64,000 nucleotides of DNA, taken from NCBI GenBank assembly GCA_015680685.1, contig MNCI01003132.1, positions 98,380 through 162,379 of the forward strand, given 5' to 3'. Below, one piece after another: positions 24,759 to 39,574 of the stretch. The position numbers were made by a program, and so were the translations under genes. The first letter of the stretch is position 1. Each line of letters starts with the position of its first letter. Under the pieces are notes generated by a model. It had not been told where the DNA came from and did no database searches. It saw nothing but the letters and a program-made list of their open reading frames with translations. This DNA comes from Gnetum montanum (taxonomy: Eukaryota; Plantae; Gnetophyta).

Positions 24759-27700
24759 ATGTCTTCTTATCATAGGCATGATGATACTAAAATTCTAGTG
24801 CCTCAAGAATGCAAATTGGTATATATTATCTAGATGACTATGTGCTTGATTTCACCTTTATTCTGCATCAAGATGAACAACTGTGATGGTGAGATATGGA
24901 GGGCAACATTGTAATGCCTCTTGGTTGATATGTGCTTAGGATGCTGCTCCAAACTCTTAGGAGATTGGGCATCTATGATTTTCAAGAAGAGTATGTTGTG
25001 CATGACTATGACTACCAAGGCTATTATCCCATTGAAACACAATGTAGGAGAGATCAACACCAGGAGAAGCACCATGAGGCTATGAAGGAAAAATAATTAA
25101 CCAATCCCTTATTCCTACTCAACCAAAATGACAATGAGGATCCTCCCTATGGGGGTTCTCAACATGAAGATTCTCCACCCCTTGATATTGGTGATGGGGG
25201 CTTAAACCTGAAGCTGCAATCCACCATCAACAATCTAGGTTTAGGCAAAAGTGGGAGTCCAAGTAGGGGCTTGAGTAAGCATCAAGATGACAAGAAAGCT
25301 AATGCATGTTGCCGTGACAAGTGTAGAGGAGATAGCAAACACCACAGTAGTGGTAGTCCTCCTTCCTATTCGTGCTCTTCATTTGCATCTTCTTCTTTCT
25401 TTGTTGGTTTTGATAGATGCCATTGAAAGAACAATTGTGATGAAGGTGAACAGTGGGACAATAATGATCACCAGGCCCACTATGAATGAAGGGGTAGTAG
25501 AGGAAATCATAAATTTCATTGAAATAATGATGATGATGAGCCTTTTTTGGCAACCCAGAGCATGCTATACATTGCATAGGTAGTGAAAATTCCAACCAAG
25601 CATGTGAAAGATAGTCAGATCAAGCAACTTGACATGAAAAATATCCCTAGATTTAAAGGGGGGGGGGATATAACTCTTATTTGCAAACATATCTTCAAGT
25701 ATTTCATGATGTTGGTGCCTTACAAAATATTGAAAATGATTGTTAGAAATTAAAGCTATTTACTAGAATACTCATTAAGGAAGTTGAAAGCTAGTATTGT
25801 TCCTTGGAGCCAGAATTCATCTTTAGGTGGAGTACAATTCTAGAGGTATTCAATGATAAATATCAAACATACTTCTGAGTGTCTAATCTGAGAAGGAAAA
25901 TCCAAGGATGGAAGCAAGGAGCACATAAAACCTTGGATCTTTCCATGAGTAGATACTATTCTCTCATATGTTAATGCCTTGGCCATGGTTATTCTCAATA
26001 GCAACAACTTTGACACATCATAAATGGACTTAGATTAGAAATAAGAATAACTCTTGGCGTTTATGACCAAGGAAGACTATCAAAACTTAGAGCTGATCAG
26101 ATCCAAAGGATGATTGAGTAGGTAGTAATAGAAGAAGGATAGTTGATGAAACAGGAAAGTGTTGAGGAATATAATAAGAATCTTTCCATTAGAAAATGAG
26201 AGGTTTGATTTTGCGACAACAAGGAGGAATCATAACTTGATGAGGTGGTGAATAGAAAGATCTTATTGATCCAAAAATCTATGTTTGAAATTTCAATCAA
26301 GGTAGGTACAATGTAGCATTCATTGAATGAAAAATTCCAAACTACTCTAAATATCACAGAAGAATCAAAAGAGTATAGTAGTAACTACAACTATAGGAGG
26401 CGAAAAGAAGTTGAACAACATGCCTACCAAAGGGGTAAGGGCAAAGATGCTACAGTAGAAAAATTTGTGAAGATAGAATCAAATAATGACAGTGGATGTA
26501 ACATTTTCCTATATGAACATCCTAAAGGATGTTGCACTATCATTTCACACATGCAAGAGTTTGGGATGTATGCACCAAATCCTAAACTAGCAAGAAGGCA
26601 GTCACCTAGAAGATTGCCTTATCCTCAAGGCAACCCAATGTAGTTCCACAAGCAACAACAAGCTTATTATTCAAGTGGTAACACCCATAGTTGTGGGGGA
26701 TGACACCACCAAGGCATTAGTACCCTTATAGATAGCTAGATCCATATAGATACTATGTTTAGCAACCAATGTCTTTGCATGACTCTTCTAGTCATGCATC
26801 TTTTCAACATCACTAGTACCCTCCAAAGTATCAAAAAACACATTCTCCATATACTAGAGGGGAAACCTCATATTCCTATCATCCTTCTCATCCTTTATCA
26901 CATGCTCATCCACTTTTCATCCAATTACCTCCTACTCCATCTATGCAGGATGAAATTCCACCTGAGCCATAACATTGTAATGGTATTATGATTGTCAACT
27001 TATAGTTGGCTTTCTAGCCAAATAGTTTAGAACCCACATCCCAAAAACAACCATTCCTCTGATCCAATAGTTCTCCAAATTCCTCATAGACTAATGCAAC
27101 TAGTTGCCCTATCTCTCTATCATCCTCTACATCAAATCCTTTTAAGAGCTCTTCAACCCAAATGCCTCCTAAGATTCGAATTGTTGTGTTAACCCACACT
27201 ATATCTTATTAGATTAAGGTTGAAAACCTTCCCAAGAAAATATCTAATCCTAGAAGTTCTCTCATCTACTTGTAGATTGTTGAACATTAGCCATGCAAAG
27301 CTCTTCTTGATTCAAGTTCTATCGTCAATCTTATTCCCATGACATGTACAAAGCATGAAACTTGCTACCTCTTAAGAAAAGAAATATCTATCTAGAATTG
27401 GTAGAACAATAAATCACTATTCCTTTAGGACTTATGGAGGACATTGTGGCCACTATTTGTGGGTGGTCTTATCCTACTGATTTTCTGGTGATCAAGGTTG
27501 ACAATTGCAAGGAAGACTTCCCAATTATTATTGGAAGGGCATATTTGAGCATTGTTGATGCATGAATGGGCATTAGAGATCTTTCTTTGAAATTTTTTAA
27601 GGAGAATGAATTTGGAAAGATCAAGAAGAAGAAAATTCCATGCATCATGTACAATGATACTAGGTGCAACTATGTGTAGAAAATTTGGTATGTCAAGAGC

Positions 27701-30215
27701 ACATTCATCAAAGCATGAAGATAGTGTGTAGATGAATTTGAAGTTCAAAGGTGCTTGTACTCAGTAGCGACAAAATAAGAGGGTACCTAGTGGTTGAAAA
27801 CTGATCTTGGAAGAAACACACTTTACATGGAACTTTTTGAGAGTTTCACATGTGCCTATATTGAAAGCATAGATGAATTACAACAAGTTCATCACCAACT
27901 TCTAATGATGCAAATGATGATACTAATTGGCAAGAGTTGGAAATTCATAAAAATTTTAAACAAGAACCCTTAGAGGTGAAAACTCTACATACATGCATGG
28001 AGTATGAACTTTTGACAAATAGCTAGTAATAATTATTGCCAATCTTGTTGTTCAATAGAAACAGAAATATCCAGTAGCCTTTGCTTGATCATATCTTGAA
28101 CTTATAGGGATTGATCTTAGGATATGATAGCATTGTATTTACATTGATATAGCCATGAAGCCAAAGACATAGTCATAGTGACTATTAAACCCCAAATTGA
28201 AGTAGATCGTCAAAGAGGAAATTGAACAACTCCTCAAGGTAGGGTTTATATAGCCCATTGTAGATAGTGAGTGGGTTAGTCCACTCATGATTGTGCAATA
28301 AGTAGTGGATCTATATCAACTTTTGGTTTTTGAATATGGCAACATTCAAAGATCACTTTCCATTGCTATTTGTGGATCAAGTGTTAGACACTATATTTGG
28401 GAATTTCTATTCCAGTTTTCTAGATGGTTATAGTGGCTATAATCAAATTTAGATCATGCTAGAGGATTAGGCCAAAAAAACATTCACAAGTCTCTAGGGG
28501 ACTTTTGCATATCAAAAGATTCCTTTTGGTCCATGCAATGTTCCTACAACATCTCAATGCTTATCCTAACCATTTTTCAGTAAAAAATTGGTTGCGAGGT
28601 GGAAGTTTTCATGGATGACTTCTCTACCTATTGTGTTACATTTAAGTAAGCCTTGGATCACCTTGAGCAAGTTCTTAAAAGATGTGTGGAGATAAATCTT
28701 CAACTTAATTGGTAGAAGATCCATCTAATGGTCTAAGAGGGAATTGTACTAAGGCATAGAATTTCGTAGGTAGGGATTAAGATGGATGCTAAAAAGATAA
28801 GGATCATCAAAGGAATAACTCACCAACTAGAAACTATTAAAGATGTTTGATCATTTCTTGGACAGATTGGTTACTATTAACAATTCATAGAGAATTTCTC
28901 TAAGATCACAAAACCATTATTCAAGCTAACAAAGAAATATGCTTCATTCATCTAGACCAAGGAATGTGAAAATGCATTTTAGAGCCTCAAGTAGAAGATT
29001 GTAGAGACTCCAATTATACAAGCACCTAACTAGCCTAGATCATTTTATATCATGAAAAATTCATCAAATGACACCTTAGGAGCCATGCTTACGAAGTTGG
29101 ATGATAAGAAACATCCATATTATATTTAGTACATAAGTCAAAGAATTATGGGTGCATAATTGAATTACACCACAATGGAGAAATAACTAATGGTGGTGGT
29201 GTATGCTCTAGAGAAGTTCAGGCACTATGTGCTTAAATACAAAGTATTTGTGCACACTGACCACAATGCCATTCTCTTACACACAAACAAAAAATGGTGA
29301 GCCCTTGTGTCATATGGTGGTTAGTGATCTTGTAAGAGTTTGATCTCAAAATGGTAGATTAAAAGGGAATTGAGAATGTGGTTGTTGATCACTTATCTTA
29401 GTTATGATGGGATAACAAAAAGAGGAGATCCTGCTCTGTGACCAATTTCCTAATGAACTCTTCTTTACTAGTGTAATAAATGAACAAGTACCCACAAAAT
29501 CAAAATGGTATGATGAAATCGTTACTTATCTTCTTACTCAAGAGATGCCACAAGATTTTGACTATAGAAAGAAACAATAGTTTCTTCATTAGGCCAAATG
29601 CTTCATGGAAATCAATGAACACCTTTACAAAGTGTGCATCAATGACCTGGTTCATTGGTGTGTACCTAATCCTAATCAACTATGTGTTCTCCAACATGCT
29701 CATGATGGTCCTTGTGGGGGCCACTATGCTGGGAGATGCACAATCATTAACATCCTAATGGAAGGGTATTATTGGCCAACCATCTTCAGCGATGCCCACC
29801 AATTTGTCCACTCTTGTAAATGATGTCAATGAGATTGTGGGATGACTACATGAATGAAAAATAGTGGATTTAACCACTATAATCCTTTAACATATGGGGA
29901 ATCAACTTCATGTATCTCATCACACCCATGTCAAATCAAAGGGCATATATAATTATCTTATTTGATTATTGCACAAAATGGGTAGAACTGCTAAATGGGT
30001 TGTACAATAAAATGTTGTGAATAGGTTTGGGATACCATGTGTACTAATTTTTGGCAACAAAACCCATTTTACAGGTTCTACTTTTCACAAGCTTATGCCA
30101 CACTTGAGGGTTGAACAAAAATTGACAACACTCTACTAACCCTAAGCCAATGGTCAATTAGAAGTTACCAATAGGAAGATCATGAAGATCCTAATGAGAA
30201 TTGTTCAATTAGAAT
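24759..30215 (+). pseudogene. gag-pol: gag-pol remnant of element B
   Basis: PR KALLDSSS (27309); DSEWVSP; KDHFPLLFVDQVL; FLDGYSGYNQI; VFMDDF (28611); RH YALEKFRHY...HTDH; INT HAHDGPCGGHYAG...GYYWPTIFSDAHQFVHSCK and P*ANGQLEVTNRKI. Truncated within INT. Confidence 0.92.
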
Positions 30216-31224
30216 GGTCAATTAGCATATGGCTTCAAGGGGATTGAATACCCTTTGTGCCTCTCCACTTACTTGAGTTCAAGGATGTTTTTCATGGATA
30301 TCCTACCATTTTATGTTGACCAATAACAAGTTGAATAAGTCATTGCATGGTGTGGTTTTTATCCAAAAAGAAAATAAACAAAATAATAAATAATAAATAA
30401 ATAAATGAAAAAAATGATGAAAATTCAAAGCGCATTCCTTAGAAAAAATAAACAAGCTACAAGGACTAGTTATGGGACTAGAAAGACATGTTACCAATGT
30501 TTGAAGGTCTCCTCTAACTAAGGCCCTTTCTTACTTCCTGCTTCTCTTTTCTTCTTCAATAAGGAATGGGGGTTGTTTATGGAATCATTCTTCTATTTTG
30601 AGGGGGTGGGCTAGTCTTAGAGTGATAATGCAAAGTCATTTAAAGTGGTTAGTTTTGGTATGGACTAAGGTTGGACTTTATCAAGTGATTTAACCACAAA
30701 ACTCACAAGGGACTTCATGTGACCATGATTGGGACATCCATTCCATTCTCTATCTCATGCATATGTGTTCTCCATAACTTACCTCATTGTTGATTTTCAT
30801 GCTTTTGTTTCATTTCTTACTTTGATGTGTTAAAATTCTTAGGTAGATTCCTTAGGTTTGATCCTTAACTTTTCATACTTATTAATCAACTATGGGTTCC
30901 CCGAACTCCTTAGTTATAGTTATGCAAGGGAAAAAAGGGCATGTGCCTCTATGTGGAGGATCCACTTACATATCTCGTGGTTTGGTCAATTAAGTTCCTT
31001 ACCCTTAGGCATTGCCGCAATCGAAATCTTTCATGTGCTAGATCATGCATCCAACTATGTGCTCCTTAAGGCATTCTTCTTCATAAAATCTTGTTCTTAA
31101 ATCATTTCTTAATTTTCAAATCCTCTTATAATATTTTTATCATGTTCTTGGCTTTTTGGGCTTTCATTTAAACCAGATTTCATTTAAAAACTCCTTGTTT
31201 TTCATTACTTTTGACAAAGTCAAT

Positions 31225-31330
31225 GGTGGTCAACAGCAGCATCGAGTAAGCTTAGTTAACGTGGTTGATGACATTAACTCAACCTCATCGACTAGGCCCC
31301 ATTGATGCAACCCAAAATTTCTATAAATAC
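31225..31330 (+). promoter_or_regulatory. Putative internal promoter of element B accessory ORF
   Basis: CATCGACTAGGCCCCAT repeat as in the LTR (23750-23790), followed by CTATAAATA at 31321. Confidence 0.55.
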
Positions 31331-31772
31331 TACCTAACACTTTGAAATTTTTTGTCATTTTCTTCAAAATAAGAGGGAATTTTTTGCAATTTTTTAGAGC
31401 CAAAAACCTTCCAAAGCCCATAAGTTTTACACTATTTTTCCAAATCACTCCATTCCTCGATCCTATAGCTACCTAAGGTAAGCTCTTAGTTGTGGGGGCC
31501 ACAAACCTTAAAGTTTCTAACAAATATTTTTCAAACTTACCTAAAGGGTTAATGAATAAAATAATATTAAACCATCAATTTTTAAAAGTTTAACCCTTCC
31601 AACAATCTCTAGTAAAACTAAAATTATTTATTAATATTAAAATAATAATAAAATAATCAATTAGGTCATGATCACAACTTAGCCAAAGTGTAACTACCCT
31701 AAGAGATAAGGTATTCCCAATGTTTCAAAGTTATACATTAAGTGCTAATCCTTGGTCATGTTGTCATTATGG

Positions 31773-34596
31773 ATGACACCTAGACCAAAACACCTGCAAG
31801 AAGGAGGACCATCACAACCAAAGGACAAATAGCCTAGACCTGGAAGAGGCTAGGAAGAACAAGCCCAGGAGCAAGCAGAAAAAATTCATGCAACAAGACC
31901 TCTTTGGGAGGAGCTTGAAGTGGAATTTTTTGGTAGATTCCCGAAGAAGAGGCTACAATTGAACAATCCCAAAGAAGTGAAGCACCAAGGCCAATACCAA
32001 GACTTGAGGTCACATTGATATCAGCCTACTTAGATACAATTAAGCCTCATGATGTCCAATGCTCAGTTCTCTAAGAATTGTAATTTGGACCATTCTTGGA
32101 ATATGATCCACCAAAAGTTAAGACACAACTACAAATCTCTTCCATGTGGCCAATTCTTACTACTAGTGGTAGGTGGTACATGGTAGAGATGTATCTCTTC
32201 TGGAATAGTAGAAAGGTAGTAGCCACTATGAAAATCAAGGACACTTAGGTTTCGTACTTAGTAGAAGCAATTACGTAGGCTCTTGGCCTACCTAATTTTG
32301 ACACCCATTTGATAGAAATATCAATGTATTTAGACCCTAAGGCAAAAAGGGAATGGACCTAGTGGAATTATGGGGTTAACTATAAGGATGTTGGATGCTC
32401 ACATTGATGGAGCATATATGCTTTAAGATAGTAGCCTATCACCTCATTCCAATGATGAGGCCTAGCAAGGTGATAATCTTCTTCACATATGTGTATGCCA
32501 TACTAAGTAGAAATTTCCTTATTAACCTTCCATAGTTGATCTATTTGGAGATAGGGAAGTGCTTCAAGGAGAATGAATGTGGAAGGAAAACCCTATCATT
32601 TTCATGCCTCATAAGAAATCTTTGTAAAAGGGTAGGAATAGTTCGCTACACTAATGATATGATTAGGAATACTCCCATTACCTCTTGGTCTAAAATGATG
32701 AAGGATAAGACCCCTACCATATCAAAAGAAGAGGAGCAGCCATCACCACATCCACCACACACTCAAGAAAAAATGTCAGAGGCTCGCATAGCCATTGAGC
32801 ACCTACATGAAATCTAAGAGTAGCTCTTGCATGAGCAAGAGTAGCAAGTAAGAACAAGTGATGGAGATCTATGTGTGTACTAACTTGTAATGAGTCACCT
32901 CAATGAAGTGGCTTGAATGATCAGCCAAATGGAGGGATGTGGGCCAATGTTCTTAGCCCAACAAATGTAGCTACCTACGATGCTGAATCCTAGTGCCCGA
33001 GAGGTGGTGATGTCTCTCTTGCAATAATAGTAATTCGAAGAAATCTCTAGGAATGTTTCTACCATTTTAGTGCACTTGGAGGAGGATAAAGGGGAAACTA
33101 TATTGGTGATACAACACCAAGGGCAAGAGATAGCAGTAGAAGTGCTAGCTAATAGAATTGCTAAAGCATTAAGTGCATCTACGACATCTTGTACTAGACG
33201 TTTCTGCATTCAAATATGTGTAGACATCTACAGGAACTATCAATAGAAGATTTAATGTAGCCCAGCATGAAGAATTGTTGGAGCAAATAGTGGGAATAGG
33301 ACAATTGATTCTAGATATATTTGATTTTTTGGATAATATCACAGCAACCCGATCAGAGATGCTTAAAGCAAAGGACAATTGTATCATTCTAGAAAGGCAA
33401 CTTGAAATAGCTTAAGTAGAAAACTAATGCTTGGTTGTAGAGTTTGCAAAATTAAGAGCTTGTCTTGCTGATCCTATGCTCCTTAACCCTACACTGACAA
33501 GGAATGAAGCTTTTCAGTAGCTTTAGGACAAACTCAAGTAGGTTGAGGTAGGGATGGTAATAATCATCTTTAGTCAGTCCTCTACTAAGGCCAAAATATA
33601 TTTAGTTTAGAAGGACTTGGTTTATATGTGCTAGGAGAATGAGATGTCAACCATAGAAAATCATTGCATGTGGAATGTTGATGTGCAGAAATAACAATTG
33701 CAAGAATTCATCTATCAATAGTAGGAGTAGCTAGCTAGAGTGAACATTGAGCTTAAGAGATTAGTAGCAGAGAATAGAAATTTGTTTATTGAGAAAGTTT
33801 GTGCCTTACTCCAAAAATTTGTAATCAAGATTATTTCCTGGAAGAATGAGGCTCTCAAATTTAAGAGAGTCAAGAACCACTACAAAGATCAGGTTGGCCT
33901 ATAGAAAGAAGTTAACAAAAGACACATCTAGATGGCTACGGCAAAAGCCAATGATACCCTCCAATAACTCTAGTAGGGAAAAGAAGTATGAAAACCTATC
34001 ATTGATGGAATAGATGCATATAACAAAGTAGAGATTCACATGAAGGAGTTTCAAATAGAAGAAATAACTAAATAGATGGAGCTTGCCAACCTTAGATATG
34101 CAAACCTGGCAATGTTGATTGTAGGATGATTGTGATTAAAGTTAGAAAAATATATGGCTAGCTTGTATTTTTTGTACAAGGCAAGGTTCAAGCATCATAA
34201 AGAGACCAAGAAAAAGCTTGAGACAGCAAACGCTAAACTTGAAGTTCTCAGGGCAAGATTCATTGATCAAAGATTAACCATTGAAAACCTAGCCAAAAGA
34301 ATAAACAATTATTAGGAGCTACATAATGCAATCATGGAATTTGACATTGAATGCAAACAATTTGTTGCTTCGTTCTTTAATATCAACGAGGTGTTTCCAA
34401 CAATGCCTTGTCCTTGGGATGTGCCCATTCTAGCCCCATTGGCAAAGCTGTGTGGATCATGCATGATCCTAGAAATGAGAAGGAGAAGATGAAAGAATTG
34501 TTGGATGCTTTCTATATTCCACTAGAAATTGTAGTTGTAGTAGGATAGCCACAACATCCTCATCCACTACATGCACCTAAAATAGGAGAAGGTCCT
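31773..34596 (+). pseudogene. Accessory (env-position) ORF of element B, decayed and interrupted near its end
   Basis: MTPRPK start; FGPFLEY...SMWPILTTSGRWY; LSFSCLIRNLCKRVGI; MELANLRYANLAML coiled coil. Confidence 0.75.
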
Positions 34597-37435
34597 TGTT
34601 GGCGATCGTTTGGGATGTGACCCCTAATGAGTGTCTCAAATAGCATTTAGATGCTTGCTGGTCTCTAACAACACCAAGGGCCTAGATATCTCCAAATAGA
34701 CACAGTAGTTAAACATGAGTATGTGTTTGCTGTTGTAAATGTTGAAATAGTTTGGTTGCATATAAAACTAAGCTATCATAAAAGAGATTCAACCAACTTT
34801 GTACTATACTGTGAGTTTTTGGAGATCCTATTTTGTTTAATTACTTAGTCTATATGGTTCTTATAATACCTACTTGTAACAAATAAAATTTTACAAAAAA
34901 CATTTAAGCACAAATCTGTCAATCTACTCCTAATTTCTCCTAGAAAGAAAGAGATGTCCATATGAAAACTAGAAATAGACCAAGATTCGATGGAAAGAGA
35001 AAGAAAAGAAAGTAGATTTGTGTAAAAATCTCAAATATTTAAGCAAGGTAAATTAATAGGAGAAAACTTCACAATAAAGTTATCCCTAATTCAATATCTA
35101 TGAATTGTTCAAACTTTCTAGACTCAAATAAGCAATTTCTTAAAGATAATTCTACTATACTACCAAAAATTGTTGCGTAAACTACCATATATGAGTCTCT
35201 ATTTTGGCTAAATAATAGTTGTCAGTGATTGCATATAACAAAGATTTCAAAGATTTTAAAATTTATAATTGAAATACTAAGGGGATATACCTTAATAATC
35301 AAAAATCTATTTTAGTCCTATCAAAATACCAAATATTTTTTAAACCCTCTAAACCATTGAATTGCTCAACTGGCTTGTTTATAGCAAATGCTCTCTTACA
35401 ACAATCCTAATAGAAACCTTAAAAATTATATAATAATAAACTTCTTTATTAAATTGCTCTTGAGGCTTTCCAACATGAGCTTGTCTATGGCAAATCTTAA
35501 TAGGAGTTCACTATCATGAAAAAAAAAACTAGTAAAGTAATCTAAAAATCCCAAATTTAAATGCCAAGCATGATACTATCTAAACCACTAGCTAAGTAGT
35601 TAAAACAAAATAGAAAATAATGAACTCATAGGATTAAAACAAAGTGGCCAAAATGATGTCTTTAGCAAGCCATCTTACAAGAAATCTTCAAATTTCTTCT
35701 TTTCAAAAAGCTTCCCCTTTCCTTTGATTCTACCTTTGAAGCATTTTTATAGTGCTTCAAGGTAGTTACATTCATCATAACAATTTAAGGTGGGTTACAA
35801 ATAACTAAGGCATTTACTCATAGCTCCTTGGGAAGTTATAACTTACATAACAAGTTATGAGAAAATTAAGCTAAAATTGGCATGTGTCTCCTTGGTGATG
35901 GAAAAAAGTAAAATAAACTACAAATATCTTGAAGTGTTGGTTAAACCAACATAGGAAGTTACAACTTCCCTAAAAGGCAGAATAGCCAAATGTCATAAAT
36001 TTTTCTCCTCCATTGTGTGTTCTTTTTTAAAATGACACTTTCCCCTTTCATCAAATTTAAATTATCTAAGCTCATACTATAACCTTATGTTCATGTTATT
36101 TCTTTCTCTTCAGCATCAGGAAATAAAATTGCATCTCTGTTTTTCCTTTAAACTCATTCACGATTAATATAACAGAGGTTTAATTCTTTGCCACATGGCC
36201 CTGATCTTTCACCTTTAACGCCATTGATTTTGCTAGAATTTTGAAGCAGTCGTTTCAAATAGAGCTTGATCGATGCAGTAGCTCTACCTATGGAAGATTT
36301 GTCCTATAGCAAAGCTTAAATCTTGATGCGCCAATCATAGAGGTCATGATTATGAGAGTAAATTGTACATGTGGTCTTCTAATGGCTACTATCCTCAACT
36401 TTGCTGAAATCCTTGACACATTGCAATGCCTTCGAGCCCTAATGTTCAAGACATTTTCGTGCCCATGCTGCCTGTGCCTTTGCCTAAGTAGCTACTGCAC
36501 TCATCATTCTATCCTACTAATACAATTTTTTGTTCTTTGTCTTCTACATATGCTTCTACATGATTTTAGGAAAAATGCCCCAAAAGTTTCTAAGGTGGAA
36601 AAGGATGTTTTCTTAAATGGATCAAAGCCTATGCAAGATCAGTGGCTTTTTCAAACAAACCAAGAAATGGAATGTTACAGCAAAACCATCTGTAGGTGCT
36701 GGTGATTGAAAATGATGTGAGGGGCAACCAAGCCAATTGGAGAAAACACAATACATTCATCATGTGGGATGTTGGTTTACATGTTTTTCTTTCTTTATAT
36801 GTGTTGGTAAATGGGTTTATCATTGATATTGACTATAGTGTTTCTACCATTTTTCATGAAATTGCCATTATGTTGTTTCGTCTTTCATATTCTTTCTTGC
36901 ATCACAAATAATTTTAATTATTTCTTGTGGATATTTTTATACAATATGCCTTTGCCTTCAAAAAATGTAGAGAAAACTACTATTTTAATGTAAACTGTCA
37001 ATCATGCATGGTAATATGTCTTGACATTTTGCCAAGACCCTCCTCTTAGTTTCACTTGCTCTTGGTTTGAAGATGTAGGTTCTGCATAGCAATTAGCAAA
37101 CTATCTTGTTGTACCCTTGCGTAATATAAAACTGAGGATTTTTGAATCTCTTATCTACTTATTTTGTTGACATTATGTAGTTCTAAAACTTTCTAGTTAT
37201 TTTCCTTAAACAACAAATTTGCAAGCACTAGGTTCTCATCCTATTGCTACTTGATAATTTTCAAATTCCTTCATAATAATCCCAATATGTGATGTTTCAT
37301 GCTCATACTTTTAACAGAATATATTTTTTGGTTGGTTTTCCTTTGCTTATTATATATATAGATATAATAAAATTTGTAAATTAAGTGTCAAATCAACCAA
37401 CATTGCTTCATAAAATCGCAAGAAATGTATCAACA
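34597..37435 (-). repeat. 3' LTR of element C
   Basis: TGTTGGCG...TATCAACA; colinear with 45935-48780; PPT (minus strand GGAAAGGAGGGTG) just inside. Confidence 0.93.
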
Positions 37436-37600
37436 TTTCTTAACACCCTCCTTTCCATAATAATCTTATTAAAAACATATTTACATAGAAAAGAAGAAAT
37501 CTTTTTTGAGGAAAACTTTCATTAAACTTAAGGTTTAATGAAATAAAAACCTTACCCCTAATAAAAATTCAAAGAACTGTACATCAAGACTTTATACAAA

Positions 37601-38245
37601 CTATTCAATGGATGGGAAATCGATAGTTAAAATAACTTTCTTGGGAATCCTCTTGTCTTGAATCCTTTCATACACTATTTTAGTTATAACTAATGCATTA
37701 TCTTCATCCTTATTTTCTTCAATTTTTCTTATTTCCTTTGTATCCATTTGCTTTGCATCTACCTCTTTTGTTAATTCTTGAGGCCTATCCAAATTAGATG
37801 CTTCTATATCTTGAGATATAAATGCCTCTCCCCAAGAATCATTTTGGTTAGAATTTTCTTGATTTTCTACTTGATTTTCAAATTCATGAAAGCTACCCCA
37901 AATATTGGCCTCTATAGAAAGTCCACTGGTAAGAAACATGAACTCATTAAAAAGCCAAAGTAAAAATGGACTTTCTCTTGATGCTCCATGGGCTTTTGCT
38001 TTGCAATAAGCTCTTAGAACATATTCTAGGTAGCATCCCATTACATATGGCATAAATGGTTTTCTCATTGCTCTCTCACCAAGAACCATCTTTTCTCAAA
38101 CCTACACTCTTTGCTAGCTTTCTTTACTCACACTTTGAATTGGAAAATTATGTAATCTTAAGCAATCCATGTTTCTTCTTACAATAGTAAATAAATTTGA
38201 AATTCCCACTAAATCTTACTAACCAACCTTGCCACTTTTGTCCAT
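37601..38245 (-). pseudogene. Extra ORF between INT and 3' LTR of element C, unknown function
   Basis: 162 codons are still open (37601-38089). An in-frame upstream ATG at 38245 (MDKSGKVG) is separated from them only by stops explicable as deamination. Confidence 0.5.
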
Positions 38246-38789
38246 ATTAATTTCTTTCTAATCAATATATGTATGCCAATTTGAATTTTATTATTTAGTT
38301 GTTGAAATTACTTCCCACTAAATAATTAATTAACCACCACTTTCACTTCACTCATCTCAAGTAAGGATAACTTAGGATAATATAAATTTAATATTTCAAC
38401 TAATATTTTTAATTAAATATCATTAAACTATACTTAACATGAACATATGTTAGTTTTTATTTTATTTTATTTTAAAATATTAAATAAACTTACCTAACCA
38501 TACGGATAGAACATATATGTCATGGTTAAACATGACATTAATCTAATACATGTTACCACGAATTGCATAAATAATAATTCCTATATACAAAATTTTATTA
38601 TTTATTACTATCTATATTCAACAACATTATAATTACATACTTATGTATATTATTATACTATGTACATATATTAATTTGTATAGAGATATTTAAGTCATGG
38701 GTAGCTATCCAAAATAATGTTTTATATGTAAAAAATTATATAGAAATTGTAATTCCATTCCATATAATGTTGATAATTTATAAGTATCC

Positions 38790-39574
38790 TTAGATAATTG
38801 TTTCGTAATCTGAAATGAACCAATCTATGTTGATTTAAACTTATTTGGTTTCTTCAAATTCCACAAGAAGACAAGGTCTTCTATTCAGAAAGTTCTTTTC
38901 AAATCCTTTTTATCGAACCATCTTTTGACTTGAGACGTACTTTTTAACAAATTATCCTTTTCTCTATCTATCTCAGCTTCTCTCTTAATGAGCAAGGTTA
39001 TAAAACTTCTATCTTTATCAGTTTTTTCACTATACCTTTGTACAAAATTTGAAGCTGAACTTATAATCTTGTTTGTAATTCTTGCAGGCAAACCATAGAC
39101 TAAGTTATAAGGTGATGTTATAATAGCCTTCTTAAACCTAATATGATCTGTCCATAATGCCAATTGTAGATAATAAATCCAATTTTCTAAATTTCCATCC
39201 ATCGATTTCTTAATGTAGAAAATAAGCTTTTTATTTGTAGATTTAGCTAAGCCATGTTGAAGATGACCAACATGATCTTGCTTTGTTTTTGAGAATATGG
39301 TAATATCATCTAAATAAATCATTACAAATTTACCTATTAAACCTTTAAAGGATAATAAATGTTATCTTATATCTATCATTTTTATCTACCATGATCTGAT
39401 TATAGCCTAAAAAACCATCTAAGAAAGAATATACTTGATAATATAATACTTTGATCAACATCTCATCACCTCTAGGAAGTGGATACTTATCCTTCTCCAA
39501 AGCTTCATTAAAATTCCTAAAGTCTACACAAAGCCTAATGTTACCATTTTTCTTTCTTACTAGAACATGGTTAG
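38790..39574 (-). pseudogene. pol: RT / integrase remnant of element C with internal deletions
   Basis: KKNGNIRLCVDFRNFNEALEKDKYPLP, FLDGFLGYNQI, IYLDDI, then directly INT C-terminal GLAKSTNK...ALWTDH...SPYNLVYG. Confidence 0.9.

Noticed and set aside
36346-36993. Short ORFs within element C LTRs (also 47766-48316)
   Set aside because: Frames are not conserved between the two LTRs and show no recognisable motifs.
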